A stretch of 64,000 bases of DNA from an uncultured Acidobacteriota bacterium (GCA_963749415.1 CAVVMG010000001.1:1486765-1550764), one strand, 5' to 3'; positions 22,945 through 32,520 are shown, counted from the stretch's first letter. Made by a program: numbers and translations. The notes: generated from the sequence alone by a model not told the origin.

Positions 22945-24329
22945 CGGTTTCGCTCTCGGGCACGGGGGCCCGCTGCCGTATCTCGGAGGCCAGCCAGAGG
23001 TAGAGCGCCAGGAGGGCGCCAACCACCAACATCAAGATCAGGCTCAGATCGGGGACGTACAGCGCAACCACAGCGATGACCACGCCGACCACCCGGACCA
23101 GGTCGTAGTGGTTCGATACCCAGCTGCTGAAACCACCACCTTGTCCGGGCTCCATCTGCGCATCCCACCACGCCTTCAATCTCATCGCCCACGCCGGGCG
23201 CCCCGTGAGGTAGACGGCGAATCCGATGACCGCGGCCCCGAGCGCGAGCCACAGCATCACCTGCCGCAGGCCAGAGGCAACGTCATACAGCAGACCGATT
23301 GCGATCCGATCACCTGCGGGGTTGGTCACCGCTGCGACCACTTGCTGTTCGATCCAGCGCAACAGGGCCTCCGTGATCGGCACTCCGATGATGATCCCGA
23401 TCGCGAGCTGGATTGCCGTTCTGCGCCTGGTTCTGGATACCCAAAGCGTCACCACGATGAGGAGCAGCGAGAAGATCGCAAGTGCCCAGACCGCCCGGTC
23501 GAGCATGACGACCCCGTTCTGGAGCTCGCTGAGCCGATCCTCGGACATGATGGTCACCTGGCCGAAGTCCTCCGGAAGGCTGGCACCGATCGCTGTCTCC
23601 AGTTGTGCCCGCGCTTCCTCGACGCGCTCCGACACCGCGCTCGGGGAGGGTGATATCGGGGCCGATCCCGCTGAGGTCGGGGAGCACTCGTCTGATCGCC
23701 TCGACGATGATCGGGATCGTGTTGAGGCTTACTTCTCCGTTCTCGACAGAGACGTTGGGGACCTCGGAGAGCTCGTTTCGCAGCAATGCCACGATCCTCT
23801 GATGGGCTGCGCGGACCAGCGGGGGGATCCGCTCCTGGAAGTCGGCTGATTGCACGAACCCGTCGATGCGAGCGGTGATCCTTTCTTCGAGCCCGGAGCT
23901 CAGGGTGGGAGCGAGGTTCTCCAGGGAGGGACGGTCGAAGGAATCGAGGATTTGCTGTCCCCGGTCGCCGATCTCCAGCGCGTCGACCAAAGCGGTGAAC
24001 AGGAAGTCATCGAGTTGGGTCAGTGCGGCGCTGATTCGGGTCTCGAGGTCCAGGGCATCGAGCACCTCGGTGGTGACGCGATCTCCAAGTGCGACATACA
24101 GGTCCGGGTCCTCGAGTGTCGGCCCGACTGCCTGCATGAATGCATCCGTGTCCAACAGCGTGTCCTCGACCCAGAATGCGATCGATGTCAGCACGATGCT
24201 GAGGGAGGTGATGACCACCAGCAGGAAGGTCAGGATCCTCCGAGCCCGCCCGGGCGACTCCGATGCGTTCACGTCGGCCGGCGAACCGGGCTCGGGAGCC
24301 TGGGGCTCTTCGCTGTTTGTCATCGGCAC
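22934..24329 (-). pseudogene. Integral membrane protein gene split by an apparent single-nucleotide frameshift near 23635-23645 (N-terminal TM helix plus ~200-aa extracytoplasmic domain, then a multi-TM C-terminal half). Either a pseudogene or a sequencing indel.
   Basis: Frame A (24329->~23640) reads a plausible protein ...IVEAIRRVLPDLSGIGPDITLPE and then degenerates into Arg/Gly-rich nonsense until 23310. Frame B begins exactly there (GTG 23635, VSERVEEARAQLETAIGASLPEDFG...) and continues as a multi-TM protein to 22934. The frames are offset by 1 nt. Confidence 0.5.
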
Positions 24330-24491
24330 TCGCTTTCAGATCTCTGGGTAGCGACTCTACGTGCCGGTGTGCTCGGGTGATTCACACAAAGCGAGTGATG
24401 CCGGGTTCGTCACATGTCCCGACAATCGATAGAAGAGGAGCCAATTTGTGTAGGTTGATCCCTTCGGACATCGGACAGGAAAGGATCAGCA

Positions 24492-24908
24492 ATGTCGCAT
24501 TCATCGGGTGGCAGTTACGACAGCCCTCCCGGGTTGGCGATCGGGGCGATCATGTTCGCCGGGATCATGATGGCGATGAGCGGGATCTTCTCCGCCATCT
24601 CCGGCCTCTTCGCCCTGGTCAAGGACGATTTCTATGTGGCCTTGCCCAACTACATAGTCGAGATCGACCCCACCACCTGGGGGTATATCCATCTCGGCCT
24701 GGGGATCCTGGTCGCCTTCGCCGGGTTCGCGGTGATCAGTGGTGCGACCTGGGCCCGCGTGATCGGGATCATCCTCGCCGTGGTCAGCGCCATCGCCAAC
24801 TTCGGGTTCATCCCCTACTACCCCATATGGTCGATCATCGTGATCGCCATCGACGTCATCGTGATCTGGGCCCTGGCCGTCCATGGCCGGGCCATGTCGA
24901 CCGCCTGA
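24492..24908 (+). CDS. Small integral membrane protein (four TM segments; possibly DUF308/HdeD-like)
   Basis: 138 aa hydrophobic protein with a good SD (AGGAAAGGA) 7 nt upstream of the ATG. Family call is weak. Confidence 0.55.
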   Translation: MSHSSGGSYDSPPGLAIGAIMFAGIMMAMSGIFSAISGLFALVKDDFYVALPNYIVEIDPTTWGYIHLGLGILVAFAGFAVISGATWARVIGIILAVVSAIANFGFIPYYPIWSIIVIAIDVIVIWALAVHGRAMSTA

Positions 24909-24951
24909 CTCTCTGAGAAATCGATCAGGGGGCGCCTCGGCGCCCCCTGAT

Positions 24952-26013
24952 TCATGCGCCGGCTTCCCCGCCGTTGGCAGCGGCTTTTCCGCCATTGGCG
25001 GATGCGTCTTTCACGCTCCAGGTGCCATGACTGGCGATCAGCTTGGCCAGGTCTCCTTCGCCGAACTTCTCCTTGGCCATCGCCAGCTGCTGATCCATCT
25101 GCTCCTCGTAGGTGGGGCGCTTCACGCTGCGGAAGATCCCCAGAGGTGTGGGGCCGTAGGGCCCGTGTGAGATCCGGCTCAGGCTGAATGCGATCGATGG
25201 ATCGGGTCGCGTTGGGTCGTGGACCAGGATGGCGCCCGGGTCGACCGTGGAGCTGTCGACCACCGTCGCCTGCCCGTCGCGCATGACCACCGCCTTGGCG
25301 CCCTCGTCGAAGACGATCGGCTTTCCCGGCTCCAGGTCGATCCGGTTGTGGACCCGCTCTTCCTTGCCGGTCAACTGGATGAAGGCCTTGTCGTTGAAGA
25401 CGTTGCAGTTCTGGTAGATCTCGATGAAAGCCGAGCCCTCGTGCTCGTAGGCCGCCTCCAGGATCCCATTGGTGTGGGTGCGGTCCATGTCGAGGGTGCG
25501 GGCGACGAAGGTCGCCTCCGCACCCAGAGCCAGCGACACCGGGTTGAACGGGTAATCGATCGACCCGAACGGAGTCGACTTGGTGTTCTTCCCCGGCTCC
25601 GAGGTCGGTGAGTACTGGCCCTTGGTCAGCCCGTAGATCTGGTTGTTGAACAAGAGGATCTTGAAGTTGATGTTTCGGCGAAGAGCGTGGATCAGATGGT
25701 TGCCGCCGATCGAGAGGCCGTCACCATCACCGGTGATCACCCACACCGAGAGGTCGGGGCGGGTGGTGGCCACCCCGGAGGCGATGGCCGGCGCCCGGCC
25801 GTGGATCGAGTGCATCCCGTAGGTGTTCATGTAGTAAGGGAATCTCGAGGCGCATCCGATCCCCGAGATGAAGACGAACTCCTCACGGGGGCGGCCGAGC
25901 CCGGCAAGGAACTGCTGGACCGATGCCAGGATCGTGTAGTCACCGCAGCCGGGGCACCAACGGACCTCCTGGTCTGTCTGAAAGTCGGAGCGGGTGTAGG
26001 TCGGGGCGGTCAC
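24952..26013 (-). CDS. korB: 2-oxoglutarate/2-oxoacid:ferredoxin oxidoreductase beta subunit (TPP-binding)
   Basis: 353 aa with a TPP-binding motif (GDGDGLSIGGNHLIHALRRNIN, ...CPGCGDY...). GTG start overlaps the korA stop (GTGA). Confidence 0.9.
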   Translation of the reverse strand: MTAPTYTRSDFQTDQEVRWCPGCGDYTILASVQQFLAGLGRPREEFVFISGIGCASRFPYYMNTYGMHSIHGRAPAIASGVATTRPDLSVWVITGDGDGLSIGGNHLIHALRRNINFKILLFNNQIYGLTKGQYSPTSEPGKNTKSTPFGSIDYPFNPVSLALGAEATFVARTLDMDRTHTNGILEAAYEHEGSAFIEIYQNCNVFNDKAFIQLTGKEERVHNRIDLEPGKPIVFDEGAKAVVMRDGQATVVDSSTVDPGAILVHDPTRPDPSIAFSLSRISHGPYGPTPLGIFRSVKRPTYEEQMDQQLAMAKEKFGEGDLAKLIASHGTWSVKDASANGGKAAANGGEAGA

Positions 26014-27887
26014 TTGATCATCTCCAGGATCTTCTCTTCTATCTCCGACACCTTGAATGGCTCGCCGGCCACCTTGTTCAGGCCCTTGACGTCGATCAGG
26101 AACTCGGCGCGGATCACCCTTCGCAGCTGGCCGGTGTTGAGCTCGGGGATCAGGACCTGCTCGTAGGCACGAAGCACGTCACCCAGGTTCGTGGGCAGGG
26201 GGTTGAGGTATTTCAAGTGCGCGGTGGCGACCTTCTTCCCTGCGAGCCGGACCCGTCGCGCCGCTGCCCGGATCGAGCCGTACGTCGATCCCCAGCCCAG
26301 CACCAGGATGGAGGCGTCCTCCTCCCCATTGACCTCCACCAATGGGATGTCGTTGGCGATGTTGGCCACCTTCCATGCCCGGGTGTCGGTCATCAACTGG
26401 TGGTTTGCCGGTTCATAGGAAACGTTGCCGGTGATCGCCTCCTTCTCCAGCCCGCCGATCCGATGCTCGAGACCGGCGGTCCCGGGCACCGCCCAGGGGC
26501 GGGCGAAGGTGTCGATGTCCCTCATGTAGGGGAGGAATGTCCCGTCGGGCCCGTTGGGGTACTTGGCGAACTCAACGGGGATCGGGGCCAGACTGTCGAC
26601 ATCGGGGATCTTCCATGGCTCCGAGCCGTTGGCGATCTGGTTGTCACTGAGCAGCAATACCGGCGTCATGTACTTGAGGGCGATCCGGGCGGCCTCCAGC
26701 GCCATCTCGAAGGCGTCGCTCGGCGAGGCGGCGGCGATCACCGGGATCGGAGACTCCCCATGCCGGCCGTATAGCGAGAAGAGCAGGTCGGACTGCTCCG
26801 GCTTGGTGGGGAGCCCGGTCGATGGGCCGCCCCGTTGGACGTTGATCACGATCAACGGGAGCTCGATCATGAACGCCAGTGAGATCGACTCGCTCTTGAG
26901 GGCGATTCCCGGGCCAGAGGATCCCGTGACCGCCAGATTGCCGGCGAAGGCGGCCCCGATGGCGGTGCCGACCCCCGCGATCTCGTCTTCCGCCTGGAAT
27001 GTCCGAACTCCGAAGTTCTTGTGGCGCGCCAGCTCGTGCAGGATGTCCGACGCCGGAGTGATCGGGTAGGTCCCGTAGAACAGGGGCAGCCCGGAGAGCT
27101 TCGATGCCGCGATCAGGCCCCAGGCCAGTGCCGAGTTCCCGTTGATGTTGGTGTAGGTCCCGGGCTCGAGTTTCGCCGGCTTCACCACGAATGTGGTCTT
27201 GGCTGCTTCTGTCGCCTCGCCGAGCGTGTATCCGGCCTGGAAGGCGGCAATGTTGGCGTTGGCCACCTCGGGCGTCTTCGCGAACTTCTTCCGCGCCCAT
27301 TCGATGGTGGGCTCGGTGGGCCGGTGGAAGAGCCAGGCGAGGAGCCCAAGGGCAAGGAAGTTCTTGGAGCGGAGGACGCTCCGCCCGCTGACACCGGTGT
27401 CCTTGACGGCTTCCTTGGTCAGCTCGTCCATGGGGACCTTGATCACCCGGAATCCGTCCAGCGCCCCGTCTTCCAGGGGGTTGGAGTCGTAGCCGGCCTT
27501 GTCGAGATTGCGCTCGTCGAAGGCGTCGGTGTTGACGATCAGAGTTCCGCCCTGACGCAGGTCCTTCAGGTTCTTCTTGAGCGCCGCCGGGTTCATCGCC
27601 ACCAGGCAGTCCGGTTGGTCCCCGGCAGTCAGGATGTCGAAGTCGGCGATCTGGACCTGGAAACTCGAAACTCCGGGAAGGGTCCCGGCGGGGGCCCGGA
27701 TCTCGGCAGGGAACGACGGCAGAGTCGCCAGGTCGTTCCCGAACAGGGCACTGGCGTCCGTGAATCTGGATCCGGCTACTTGCATTCCATCGCCGGAGTC
27801 TCCGGCGAATCTGATGACTAATTTGTCGAAGGTTTCGGTTGGGTTGGGTTCAGTGTCTGTTGTGGCAGTGACCTCGGCCACTTTCAC
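26010..27887 (-). CDS. korA: 2-oxoglutarate/2-oxoacid:ferredoxin oxidoreductase alpha subunit
   Basis: 625 aa KorA-like. GTG start preceded by AAGGAAG. Confidence 0.9.
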   Translation of the reverse strand: MKVAEVTATTDTEPNPTETFDKLVIRFAGDSGDGMQVAGSRFTDASALFGNDLATLPSFPAEIRAPAGTLPGVSSFQVQIADFDILTAGDQPDCLVAMNPAALKKNLKDLRQGGTLIVNTDAFDERNLDKAGYDSNPLEDGALDGFRVIKVPMDELTKEAVKDTGVSGRSVLRSKNFLALGLLAWLFHRPTEPTIEWARKKFAKTPEVANANIAAFQAGYTLGEATEAAKTTFVVKPAKLEPGTYTNINGNSALAWGLIAASKLSGLPLFYGTYPITPASDILHELARHKNFGVRTFQAEDEIAGVGTAIGAAFAGNLAVTGSSGPGIALKSESISLAFMIELPLIVINVQRGGPSTGLPTKPEQSDLLFSLYGRHGESPIPVIAAASPSDAFEMALEAARIALKYMTPVLLLSDNQIANGSEPWKIPDVDSLAPIPVEFAKYPNGPDGTFLPYMRDIDTFARPWAVPGTAGLEHRIGGLEKEAITGNVSYEPANHQLMTDTRAWKVANIANDIPLVEVNGEEDASILVLGWGSTYGSIRAAARRVRLAGKKVATAHLKYLNPLPTNLGDVLRAYEQVLIPELNTGQLRRVIRAEFLIDVKGLNKVAGEPFKVSEIEEKILEMIK

Positions 27888-27904
27888 TTCCTTGTTGGTT
27901 GTTA

Positions 27905-27920
27905 GAGCGCGCCTGCGCGC
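27905..27920. repeat. GC-rich inverted repeat AGCGCGC-CT-GCGCGCT between the amidase 3' end and the korA start
   Basis: 7-bp arms read directly from the sequence. No U-run follows on the minus strand. Confidence 0.3.
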
Positions 27921-27998
27921 TTGTCATTCAACACCAAGCTCGGTTGAGAACGACCGCATGTCGGTGGCTCGCTGGACCTATTTTATCGGCCGTCAGGG

Positions 27999-29297
27999 CT
28001 ACCCCGATCGCACGGTCGCGGGGGCGAACCCCACGAGGCCGCGCGACTCGAGTTCCCGGCCGAAGCCGATCAGTTCCACCTCGGATCCCAGCTTTCCGAT
28101 CGCCTGGAGGGAGGGTGCAGGCCCGGGCTCACCGCCGAGCGGCATGGCGATGGCGGGGTGCAGCGCGTGGTTCACGATCGATGTGAACCAGGAGAGGACT
28201 GTGCGGTAGTGGTGGCCCTCGATCATGTCCTCGCCGATCACTTTCCGAAGGGCGGGGACGGTCGGTGTGAGCAGGAGGTCCACGGTCTCGAAGGCGTCCG
28301 CGAACCGGTCCCGGATCATCAGCTGCCATTCCCGCCCCAGCGCCATCTGGTCGGGCGTCACCGCGCCGCAATCGAGGAGCCGGGCCCTGACCTCTTCGCC
28401 ATAGGGCAGGCCCGCCCCGAGATACCCCGCATGGACCGCGTTCACCTCCTCGGCGATGGCGAAGATCACCTCCCGCCCGGGGACCACGTCGGGCATGGTG
28501 ATCGGGTGTAGCACGTGGCCTAGGTCCGCCAGCTCGGCGATGACCCCGGTGAATGCCGCGTCCACGCCTCCATCCAGCGGCGCCTCGTCGTACCACGGCT
28601 GCGGTATGCCGATTCGGAGCCGGCCGGGGGCGGGCTCGGGCGTGAGATCACCTGACATCGCCCGATACGCGAGGTCGATCCCCTCCACGGAGTGGGCCAG
28701 AGGCCCCACGGTGTCGATCGAGGCGACGAGCGGGAAGACCCCCTCCAGAGGAATGCGACCCCAGGTGACCTTCAGGCCGTAGCAACCGCAAAGAGCCGCC
28801 GGCACCCGGACCGATCCACCGGTGTCGGTTCCGATCGCAATTGGCGTGAGCCCTGCACCAACCGCCGCCCCCGAGCCACCGGACGACCCGCCCGGGGAGG
28901 TCGCGGTGTCCCATGGGTTGAGGACCGGCCCGAAATGCGGGTTCTCGCTGGAGAACCCGAAGGCGAACTCGTGGAGCCCGGTGCGGCCCACGATGACTGC
29001 CCCCGCGTCCTCGAGTCGCTGCACCACAGGGGCCGACCCTGTAGCCATCACCCGGTAGAACGCCGACCCGCAGGTCGTGACCCGGTCTTCGTGGTCGACG
29101 AGGTCCTTGAGGCCGATCGGAGTCCCGGCAAGCGGGCCGGCGTAGCTGCCGCCCTCGATGACCCGATCAATGGCGCCGGCGCGGGCCAGTGCCCGCTCGT
29201 CATCGATCAGGATGAAGGCGTTGAGCTCGGCCTGTGAATCGTGGGCGAGCCTCAATGACTCGCCGACTCGATCTACGGCGGACACTCCGAACACCAC
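27999..29297 (-). CDS. Amidase-signature-family amidase
   Basis: 432 aa with the AS signature GGSSGGSGAAVGAGLTPIAIGTDTGGSVRVPAALCGCYGLKVTWGR and the catalytic Ser-cisSer-Lys context. Confidence 0.85.
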   Translation of the reverse strand: MVFGVSAVDRVGESLRLAHDSQAELNAFILIDDERALARAGAIDRVIEGGSYAGPLAGTPIGLKDLVDHEDRVTTCGSAFYRVMATGSAPVVQRLEDAGAVIVGRTGLHEFAFGFSSENPHFGPVLNPWDTATSPGGSSGGSGAAVGAGLTPIAIGTDTGGSVRVPAALCGCYGLKVTWGRIPLEGVFPLVASIDTVGPLAHSVEGIDLAYRAMSGDLTPEPAPGRLRIGIPQPWYDEAPLDGGVDAAFTGVIAELADLGHVLHPITMPDVVPGREVIFAIAEEVNAVHAGYLGAGLPYGEEVRARLLDCGAVTPDQMALGREWQLMIRDRFADAFETVDLLLTPTVPALRKVIGEDMIEGHHYRTVLSWFTSIVNHALHPAIAMPLGGEPGPAPSLQAIGKLGSEVELIGFGRELESRGLVGFAPATVRSG

Positions 29298-29329
29298 GTG
29301 AACTTAACGCCGGGGGTCCGAGCCCGGCC

Positions 29330-30370
29330 CTATTCGTAGCTGAGGCCTCCGGTGTCGGGCACCAATGAGATCCACACCTGTCCCGGCGGCACCGCGATCG
29401 TGTTGCCGTCGGCGTCGGTGAGGGTGTACCACTCAGTCTCCGCCTCCCGGGTCCACGTCCCCTCGACGACCTTGCCGTCGGCGAAGACCCAGGCGAGGCC
29501 GGAGCCGGTGGTGTGTGAGCTGGGCAACCCGTTGTTCGAGTACTGCTCGGACTCGAGCCCGATCAGCACCGGGAACCCGATGCGGCCCTCGGTGCCGTCC
29601 TCGTCTCGCCAACCCGACTCCCGCCCGTCCGCGGTGCGTAGCCAGGTCCGGGTGGTCGGATCCCATGTCCAGTCGACGTCGGTTCCCCGGAAATCGATGT
29701 GAACCGCGCTCACCGGCGCGGCGGTGGCGGGCATCCCCCCGAACTCCCAGATCGGGCCGGTGGGGGGCAGGTCCTGGAACTCCCTGGCGTCGGCATCGGC
29801 CCTGAGGCCGTCCGTCGTGGTGTACAGGTTGTGCGGTGCCCGCCGGAACCCGACCCGGAATGCCGCCGGGGTGGTTTCGGTGAGCAGGTTGATGTCCATG
29901 GACCGGATCATGTTCTGCACCCAGCCCTGGGCCCCGGAGATGGCGAAGGTCGGCTGGTTGAGGGCGGTGAGCAGCGTGGCGTCCGTCGGCCGGCCGGAGC
30001 GCATCGGTCCCAGGAACTCGGCGTCGGACTGCATCCACAATGTGAGGAACCTGGTGATCCCCTCGACCCGGATCTCGAAGACCGCGTCGGCCTTGTTGAC
30101 CCCGGAGTGGGGCCGGGCGTTCGGATGGTTGTCCAGCTTGACCGCGAGCAGTCGACGATTGAGGAGCGCGGGGTCGGTCACCGGGAGCCCGTTGATCGGT
30201 GAAAGCGCCGACGCCGTGGTGGTGGTGGTCCCCTGTTCGGTGGTCGTCGTCGCCAGGGTGGTGGTCGTTTCCGGTGTCGAAGTGGTCGTCGTGGTCCCGG
30301 TTCCCACCGCCGGAGAGCAGGCGGCCAGAGCCAGCGCGAGCACGATGAACCTATTGAGGGTTGAACGCAT
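29330..30370 (-). CDS. DUF3048-family lipoprotein (YerB-like)
   Basis: Lipoprotein signal LALALAACS, a Thr-rich linker, then LAVKLDNHPNARPHSGVNKADAVFEIRVEGITRFLTLW, which matches the DUF3048 core as I remember it. Confidence 0.6.
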   Translation of the reverse strand: MRSTLNRFIVLALALAACSPAVGTGTTTTTSTPETTTTLATTTTEQGTTTTTASALSPINGLPVTDPALLNRRLLAVKLDNHPNARPHSGVNKADAVFEIRVEGITRFLTLWMQSDAEFLGPMRSGRPTDATLLTALNQPTFAISGAQGWVQNMIRSMDINLLTETTPAAFRVGFRRAPHNLYTTTDGLRADADAREFQDLPPTGPIWEFGGMPATAAPVSAVHIDFRGTDVDWTWDPTTRTWLRTADGRESGWRDEDGTEGRIGFPVLIGLESEQYSNNGLPSSHTTGSGLAWVFADGKVVEGTWTREAETEWYTLTDADGNTIAVPPGQVWISLVPDTGGLSYE

Positions 30371-30396
30371 TGGCGGCAGGGTATCCCCGATCCCGC

Positions 30397-30798
30397 CTAA
30401 ACCGTTAGCACTCCCCCGGTGACTGCGAGGCTGGGCAGAGTCTCGTCGTGCTCGTCGAGCACCACCGCGAGCTCGATCCCATCCGAGTTGGAGCGAAGTA
30501 CATAGAGGGCATCGATGTTCACACCGGCATCGGCGATTGCCCTCGTCAGGCGGGCCAACTCCCCGGGACGATGGGGGAGATGGGCGGTGAGCACCATGTG
30601 CTCCTCGGATTGGAGTGCGGCCTCCTCGAGGACCCTTCTTGTCGTGGGCGCGTCATCGACGATCAATCGGACCGTGCCTTCCCCATTCGTGCCGTAGGCG
30701 GCGAGAGCCTCGATGTTGACACCGAACCCGGCGAGCGCCTCGGTGAGGGTGGCCAGGCGCCCGGGCCGATTCTCCATCTGGACCTCGAATTCGGTCAT
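30397..30798 (-). CDS. Tandem ACT-domain protein
   Basis: 133 aa with two ~65-aa ACT-like units (ENRPGRLATLTEALAGFGVNIEAL..., HRPGELARLTRAIADAGVNIDAL...). Confidence 0.7.
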   Translation of the reverse strand: MTEFEVQMENRPGRLATLTEALAGFGVNIEALAAYGTNGEGTVRLIVDDAPTTRRVLEEAALQSEEHMVLTAHLPHRPGELARLTRAIADAGVNIDALYVLRSNSDGIELAVVLDEHDETLPSLAVTGGVLTV

Positions 30799-30825
30799 GC
30801 TTCCGACTCTACGCCCCGTCGCGGG

Positions 30826-31474
30826 TCACGTGACCGGGAGCGCAGGCTCGGAGCGACCGCGCCTCGAGAGATACAGATGCCAGACCAGGCGCGCCGCCAC
30901 CGCCCGCACCGGTCGCCAGGGGGCGGAGACAATCTCCAGCTCTTCGGGCCCGGGGATCTGCTGAAGGCCAAGCGCTTCAGCGACTCCGACTTGGAGGGCA
31001 CGATCGCCGACGGGAAACGCGTCAGGGAGGAGCAAGGCGGAGAGCAGGTAGGCGTCGGCGGTCCAGGACCCGATCCCCCTCATCGCCAGCAACCGGGCCC
31101 GCGCCTCTTCCTCGTCCAGGCCCTGGAGGGCGGCGAGGTCGAGGGTGCCGGCCTCGACCGCCTCGCGCGAGCGAGACGAGGTATCCCGCCTTCTGCCTGG
31201 TGACCCCGATCGCGGTCAGCCCGGTCTCGCCGACCCGGAGCACGGAGCCGGGGGTCACCGCGCCCAGGAGCTCGATGAGCCGCCGGTACATGGCCGCTCC
31301 CGACTCGAGGGAGACCTGCTGCTCGAGGATGAGGAGCACCAGGGTGGGGAAACCCTGCGCTCGCTGCCAGAAGACCGGCAGCCCCCAGTCTTCGATGATC
31401 GAGTGCAAACCCGGGTCCTCGTCGCCCAGCATCCGCGCCGCTTCGACAAATGTGATGGCATCCAGGTGAGTCAC
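30826..31474 (-). pseudogene. AlkA-like HhH-GPD DNA glycosylase domain interrupted by a 1-nt frameshift near 31170-31180. In this sequence it is in frame with, and lacks a stop from, the upstream SodX peptidase.
   Basis: Frame A reads ...FPTLVLLILEQQVSLESGAAMYRRL...RQKAGYLVSLAR then nonsense. Frame C continues exactly at REAVEAGTLDLAALQGLDEEEARARLLAMRGIGSWTADAYLLSALLLPDAFPVGDRALQ, the HhH-GPD hallmark, and runs to the stop at 30826. There is an internal GTG at 31474 (VTHLDAITFVEAARMLGDEDP). Confidence 0.6.
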
Positions 31475-31771
31475 CCGCCGCCACAGATCCCGGATCGCCA
31501 CCGGCCCCAGGGTGCGGGAGTCGGCTGTGGTGACTGAGGCATTGTCCGAAAGCACCCACGCCTCGTCCGGGCCCAACCGCCGCTCGCCGATCGCCTCCCC
31601 GGGCCCGGCCGCCATCCGCTTCACCAGCCAGAAGTCCCCGCGCTCGGGATGAGGCAATGTCACAACCTCGCCGGCCTGGGGCTGGATGGAGTCGGTCGCG
31701 ACGAACTCGTCGCCCGGTAGGAGGGTCGGCAGCATCGAGGATTCGGCTACGCGAAACCGGCGCATGGGCAT
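31475..31771 (-). CDS. sodX: S26 signal-peptidase-family protease, SodX-like (NiSOD maturation peptidase). No in-frame stop before the downstream AlkA-like domain.
   Basis: S26 catalytic motifs SMLPTL (Ser), LVKRMAAGPGE (Lys) and SDNASVTTADSRTLGPV (GDNR-S-DSR box). Divergent from and adjacent to sodN. Start taken at MPMRRFRV (31771). Confidence 0.65.
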
Positions 31772-31823
31772 GGCCCCCCGAGGGTATGGTCGAAAACACA
31801 GACCGGACAACCAAGGAGTGTCA

Positions 31824-32231
31824 ATGCGCCGGGTAACCGTTGCCCATGCACACTGTGACCTGTTCTGCGGGGTCTATGACCCGGCCCAGGCCAAGATCGA
31901 GGCGATGTCGGTGCTCAAGATCGCCGAGAAGTACGCCGAGTCGAGCGACGATGTGTTCAAGGCTCGCGCCATCGCTCTCAAGGAAGAGCGAGCGGAGGAC
32001 GTCAAGCACCATCTGATGGTTCTCTGGGTCGACTTCTTCACCGCCGACCACCGCAAGGAGTTTCCCGACCTCGATGATCTCTTCTGGAGGGCGATCCATC
32101 AGGCCGGCGACGCCAAGAAGTCGGTTGATCCCGAAGACGGGAGGAAGCTGATCGAGCTCATCGATGAGATCGCCGACATCTTCTGGCAGACCGAGAAGGC
32201 GAAGGGGATGGGGGTCTACCCGCCCGCTTGA
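31824..32231 (+). CDS. sodN: Nickel-containing superoxide dismutase precursor (9-aa leader MRRVTVAHA then the Ni-hook)
   Basis: Mature N-terminus HCDLFCGVYDPAQAKIEA... matches NiSOD (HCDLPCGVYDPAQA) along its whole length (VKHHLMVLWVDFF, IDEIADIFWQTEKAKG). SD AAGGAG 6 nt upstream. Position 5 of the hook is Phe, not the usual Pro. Confidence 0.9.
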   Translation: MRRVTVAHAHCDLFCGVYDPAQAKIEAMSVLKIAEKYAESSDDVFKARAIALKEERAEDVKHHLMVLWVDFFTADHRKEFPDLDDLFWRAIHQAGDAKKSVDPEDGRKLIELIDEIADIFWQTEKAKGMGVYPPA

Positions 32232-32437
32232 TCGCTTTCTGGCTTCGACGCCGAATGGATGACCGAATCGACCCGTGTCTTCACCTTGCCCATGGCGTTC
32301 GCCGCCCATTCGTATTCAGGGGCGAGCAGGGCCAGGCCTCCCAGGATGGTGACGATCCCGGGCCCAGGTAGCACCAGCATCGCGGTGCCGGCTCCGAGGA
32401 GGGTGAAGCCTCCAGCAACACGCATTACCCGTGTCAT
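32216..32437 (-). CDS. PGPGW-motif small membrane protein (PF09656-like, 73 aa)
   Basis: MTRVMRVAGGFTLLGAGTAMLVLPGPGIVTILGGLALLAPEYEWAANAMGKVKTRV... This is the only protein-like part of the long Arg/Gly-rich ORF 32216-33325. 3' end overlaps sodN convergently by 16 nt. Confidence 0.6.
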   Translation of the reverse strand: MTRVMRVAGGFTLLGAGTAMLVLPGPGIVTILGGLALLAPEYEWAANAMGKVKTRVDSVIHSASKPESDQAGG

Positions 32438-32520
32438 GAGATCAAACCTACCCGCGGCCGGGGTTTGTGTGGATCGGGATTCACCCTCATTCGACCCCGA
32501 CGCCCGGACCGGCGTTTCAG

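Noticed and set aside
24380-24430. GTGATTCACAC / GTGATGCCGGGTTCGTCACA half-site-like sequences upstream of the small membrane protein gene, considered as a second CRP site
   Set aside because: Half-site spacing (2 nt and 11 nt) does not fit TGTGA-N6-TCACA.
30826-31092. ORF 30826-31092 (88 aa) as an independent small gene
   Set aside because: It is the C-terminal HhH-GPD segment of the frameshifted AlkA-like gene, not a stand-alone gene.
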